Assembly: GCA_051382335.1 (NCBI GenBank)
Contig: JBBCAX010000050.1
Location: 1 to 61,963, forward strand
Source of the DNA: Deltaproteobacteria bacterium TL4
Lineage (GTDB): Bacteria; SAR324; NAC60-12
Reading direction: 5' to 3'
Length of the DNA stretch: 61,963 bases
Each line of letters begins with the position of its first letter. Position 1 is the stretch's first letter. The notes beneath the pieces were generated by a model. It searched no databases. It was not told where the DNA came from and saw only the letters and a program-made list of their open reading frames with translations. The position numbers and the translations under genes are program-made. Below are positions 59,701 to 61,963 of the stretch, piece by piece.

Positions 59701-61055
59701 TTGCTCAAATCAAACACAAATTGCCGTTCCTTTTAGAAGAAATTGAAGAAACCTTAAGAAGCAAGTGGCTAGAGCCTCCAAAGCGCGGACCTGTAAGAGA
59801 ACTTGACGCGCCTCCAGCCGAGCAAGGAGAGGCTGAACCGTTCAAACATTCTGAAGCGTTTCATATTTTGATTGTTGATGATGAGCCCATTAATTTACAG
59901 GTTTTGGTGAATTATTTATCTCTGGAAAAATATTCGGTAACCAAGGCTTCCAGCGGCGCTGAGGCCTTGGCGATAATTAAAGATCAGGCGCCTTTTGATC
60001 TGCTTTTGCTGGATGTGATGATGCCTCACATGACAGGGTATGAGTTATGCCAAATATTACGGAATAATTATCCTGCTCATGAACTCCCCATCGTGCTGTT
60101 GACCGCTAAAAATCAACCCGCTGATATCAAATCGGGTTTCGAATCCGGTGCCAATGATTATTTGACCAAACCGATTTCCAAAGATGAACTTTTAGCCAGA
60201 ATCAAGATTCATATCCAGCTTTCAAAAATCAACTCCGCCTATGGTCGTTTTGTTCCTCATGATTTGTTGCGTTTGCTAGGCAAGGAAAGCATTGTTGATG
60301 TACGGTTGGGAGATCAAGTAGAAAAAAAGATGTCTATTATGTTTTCGGATATCCGCTCGTTTACATCAATGTCTGAAAAAATGACTCCTGAAGAAAACTT
60401 TCAATTCATCAATGATTATCTCCATCAAATGGAACCCCTGGTGCTCCAGAATGGAGGATTTATTGACAAGTTTATCGGGGACGCCATTATGGCACTGTTT
60501 GAAAAAGACGCGGATCACGCCATTCAAGCCGCAATTGACATGCTTCAGCGCTTAAAAACGTATAATTTCGACCGGGGAAAACTGGGGTATTTGCCCATTA
60601 AAGTAGGGATTGGAATCAATACGGGGTTATTGATGTTAGGAACCATTGGAGGCCCCAATCGTATGGACGGAACCGTGATTAGTGATGCCGTGAATTTAGC
60701 GGCACGAGTTGAGAGCATGACCAAAGTTTATGGGACCTCCCTTTTAATTACGGAATATACGTTCCATGAGCTTAAGAAACCACTGGCCTTTTGTACCCGA
60801 ATCATTGATCGCGTTACCGTCAAAGGAAAAGTCGATCCTGTCACTGTTTTTGAGATTTATGATGGAGATCCCGCGGAACTGAAACAGCAAAAAACGGAAA
60901 TGGCCCGGGCTTTTGAAGAAGCCATTGCTATCTTTCACTTGCAGCGTTTTACTGAGGCCAAGTCTTTATTTGAGGAATGTCTTGAACACTGTCCTGAAGA
61001 TATCGCGACCAAACTTTATCTTCACCGCTGTAGCGAAGCGGTGAGGCAATCTTAA
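56796..61055 (+). CDS. Hybrid sensor: lipoprotein pentapeptide repeats + 7TM + HisKA/HATPase + REC + class III cyclase
   Basis: Lipobox LGAC; about 340 aa of A(D/N)Lxx repeats; 7 hydrophobic segments; SHELRTPLN, NSLKFT, DTGIG, GGTGLGL; LLDVMMP; FSDIRSFT, DKFIGDAIM, VNLAARVE. Confidence 0.9.
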   Translation: MTKQFCLGTLLLFGLCTVLFLGACTSNDEEVQLFLKTKKCVQCNLRGVSFDKMNLQGADLRGASLKRTSFVGANLEGAIFDDADLVHADLRDSNLKGVSFKGVLMQRARLQRANLENAVFQNADLEGSSFESAWIRKADFSKAQMQGANFRWAMLQQVNMEGAWLHRVDFQGASGRYANFFKASLKHSFLHKADFRDSNFQQASLENTRLEGALLENSNFDRANLVRTRFEKANLTQTVLTHINAKDAVFIGATLTNANLRNANLGGAIFRESLVRRAQFQKANLQNSDFSWAEMEAASFQEAQLTKAVLKGANLLNAQLQNAKLRDAILTSANLQQANLSGADLHWANLKKADLRHANLQFADIHGTELYGARLQEATWVDGNSAGSVQEQLSLSRSIELMNDYLQELLSPLAIEFVDDPFRIILGLFILGIGWYVIRHQRQSKQGTLFYLALLTLSIGVALITTTKITYRWFGVPRLGDALGAVSICFILGSFNTLVDQVLGFTSKVFLLWTWRLFIGISILLLVLLAVISPWFEDVIYVSSWIALPGIFALSVLGLIFYIIPLNTILRGLIAGNPDAKIITICGTLGFLCSVPPILKYLEIFNLPEWTENLLFLGSAIYFSSYGFIGLRRYMEVNRQLENNARVLEEKNEELYSKNMELYRANQLKDEFLANTSHELRTPLNGIVGIGESMLAGATGKLTPIQRVNLSMITTSGRRLNALVNDILDFSKLKHRKLDLQIKALGMREITEVVLMMSQPLIGTKNLELINAISHDMPKVAADENRVQQIMHNLIGNSLKFTPQGTIEISAEVLKPYLMIRVTDTGIGIPEDKLETIFESFEQGDGSTAREYGGTGLGLSITKQLIELHEGNIRVKSVLGKGTTFEFSLPLASEKGVEGHECFDLFNKIKELPLHTLLEGKMAKDPLLSKFKDLPLFELFNEKTYESVFRKLKEGRLTDIFDDTHNIIIAQIKHKLPFLLEEIEETLRSKWLEPPKRGPVRELDAPPAEQGEAEPFKHSEAFHILIVDDEPINLQVLVNYLSLEKYSVTKASSGAEALAIIKDQAPFDLLLLDVMMPHMTGYELCQILRNNYPAHELPIVLLTAKNQPADIKSGFESGANDYLTKPISKDELLARIKIHIQLSKINSAYGRFVPHDLLRLLGKESIVDVRLGDQVEKKMSIMFSDIRSFTSMSEKMTPEENFQFINDYLHQMEPLVLQNGGFIDKFIGDAIMALFEKDADHAIQAAIDMLQRLKTYNFDRGKLGYLPIKVGIGINTGLLMLGTIGGPNRMDGTVISDAVNLAARVESMTKVYGTSLLITEYTFHELKKPLAFCTRIIDRVTVKGKVDPVTVFEIYDGDPAELKQQKTEMARAFEEAIAIFHLQRFTEAKSLFEECLEHCPEDIATKLYLHRCSEAVRQS

Positions 61056-61276
61056 GTTGACAACGAAGGCCAATGGACTGCTTGGACTTCGTCCATCTTT
61101 GGCCGGGATAATTGCGGCAAGCTCTTGCTTGATTTGTTTGAGATGACGCTCTTCTTTGTTCATGCTGGCCTCCTGGGGGCTGTGTTAGCAAAATGTCCAG
61201 AATGTCATCTTTTCAACAAGAAGCCAATTGAATTTATTATGATTTAAAACCACGAACACCTAGGATTGCCCCTCAT

Positions 61277-61544
61277 GTGGATGGGACCATCGAAATTGAG
61301 GATTTCATGCAACTGCTGGAAGATTATCTGAAATCGCTCCACATTGAACAAGCACAAGAGGTATTTGTCTGTGGAGATGGAGCCCCTGGATTTGGAACAG
61401 AATTCCTCAACTGCTTCTCAACTTGGGCGTCGGCGTGGAAAACCTTCATGAAATCCTGGACTATACCCATGCCAAACAAAATCTCGATGAACTCTATGAG
61501 ATTTTACTCAAAACTATTTGATGTCACACTTTTGGAATGCACCC
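61277..61544 (+). mobile_element. Frameshifted, truncated transposase remnant (ISKra4/UPF0236-like)
   Basis: VCGDGA then, after a 1-nt frameshift near 61385, WIWNRIP...ILDYTHAKQNL; possible terminal IR ending ...ggaatgcaccc at 61544. Confidence 0.6.
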
Positions 61545-61586
61545 ACGTTCATTTAAATAAATTCATTTGAGTTTAACCCAGACAGT

Positions 61587-61662
61587 GGAGTGCCAAAGCT
61601 TGCTTTGGCCAAAGGCAAAGAAAGGCCTTCGCCTTTCTGGCCAAAGCAAGCTTTGGCACTCC
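61587..61662. repeat. Perfect 24-bp inverted repeat (GGAG-type REP-like doublet)
   Basis: ggagtgccaaagcttgctttggcc (61587-61610) / ggccaaagcaagctttggcactcc (61639-61662). Confidence 0.8.
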
Positions 61663-61769
61663 TGAAACAGAGTTGTTTAAACGGATCTCGCGACAGGATG
61701 AGTTTTCTGAATATTTAAATGAACATCTATAATTAAAAAAATCGATGGGTGTCCTTACTTTACGTCAAG

Positions 61770-61925
61770 GTAGGCCGGAACTACGTGTCCGGCAACCTCA
61801 ACGATCAGAAACGATCAGAAAAGCGAGGCATGTAATCCCCGCCTACCAATGTCCCGCTTTTGTAAGAAAGTGGTAGAAGGGGACTACGTGCCCCTCATTT
61901 TGCCGGGCATGTAATCCCGGCCTAC
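61770..61925. repeat. Cluster of four GTAG-type REP sequences in two inverted doublets
   Basis: Copies at 61770-61793 (+), 61823-61846 (-), 61873-61896 (+), 61902-61925 (-); consensus GTAGGCCGGGA(C/T)TAC(A/G)TGCCCGGC. Confidence 0.8.
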
Positions 61926-61963
61926 CAATTACTTTCATGCTTCGTTGTGAGACTTGTCTCATG

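Noticed and set aside
61770..61925. Possible CRISPR array
   Set aside because: Repeats alternate in orientation, spacers are irregular, and no cas genes are present; fits REP doublets

Overview
A gene-dense chromosomal window from a Gram-negative bacterium. The gene content suggests a deltaproteobacterial/SAR324-like lineage, but that is inference only. Recognisable housekeeping and metabolic genes are hisD, two acyl-CoA dehydrogenases, a Na+-translocating (methylmalonyl-CoA-type) decarboxylase operon, an inositol monophosphatase, rbgA, a 3'-5' exonuclease, trkA, zapA with 6S RNA, bioD, a porin, an RluD-like synthase, an OppF-like ATPase, an atypical NAD-dependent ligase, trpBA, and recD and recB with no recC in the window. 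Four things stand out. (i) Two very large membrane-bound class III nucleotide cyclases share a C-terminal module but carry unusual input regions: four solute-binding domains + beta-propeller/Y_Y_Y in one, and lipoprotein pentapeptide repeat + 7TM + histidine kinase + receiver in the other. (ii) A ~400-nt region tiled with hairpins lies upstream of the porin gene. (iii) A pseudo-receiver / P-loop ATPase / MscS module includes a long acidic tail with an internal repeat. (iv) Several distinct REP/MITE-like palindromic elements and IS remnants are present. No CRISPR array, tRNA, rRNA, prophage or intact transposase was seen. All calls come from motif reading by eye; no searches were run.
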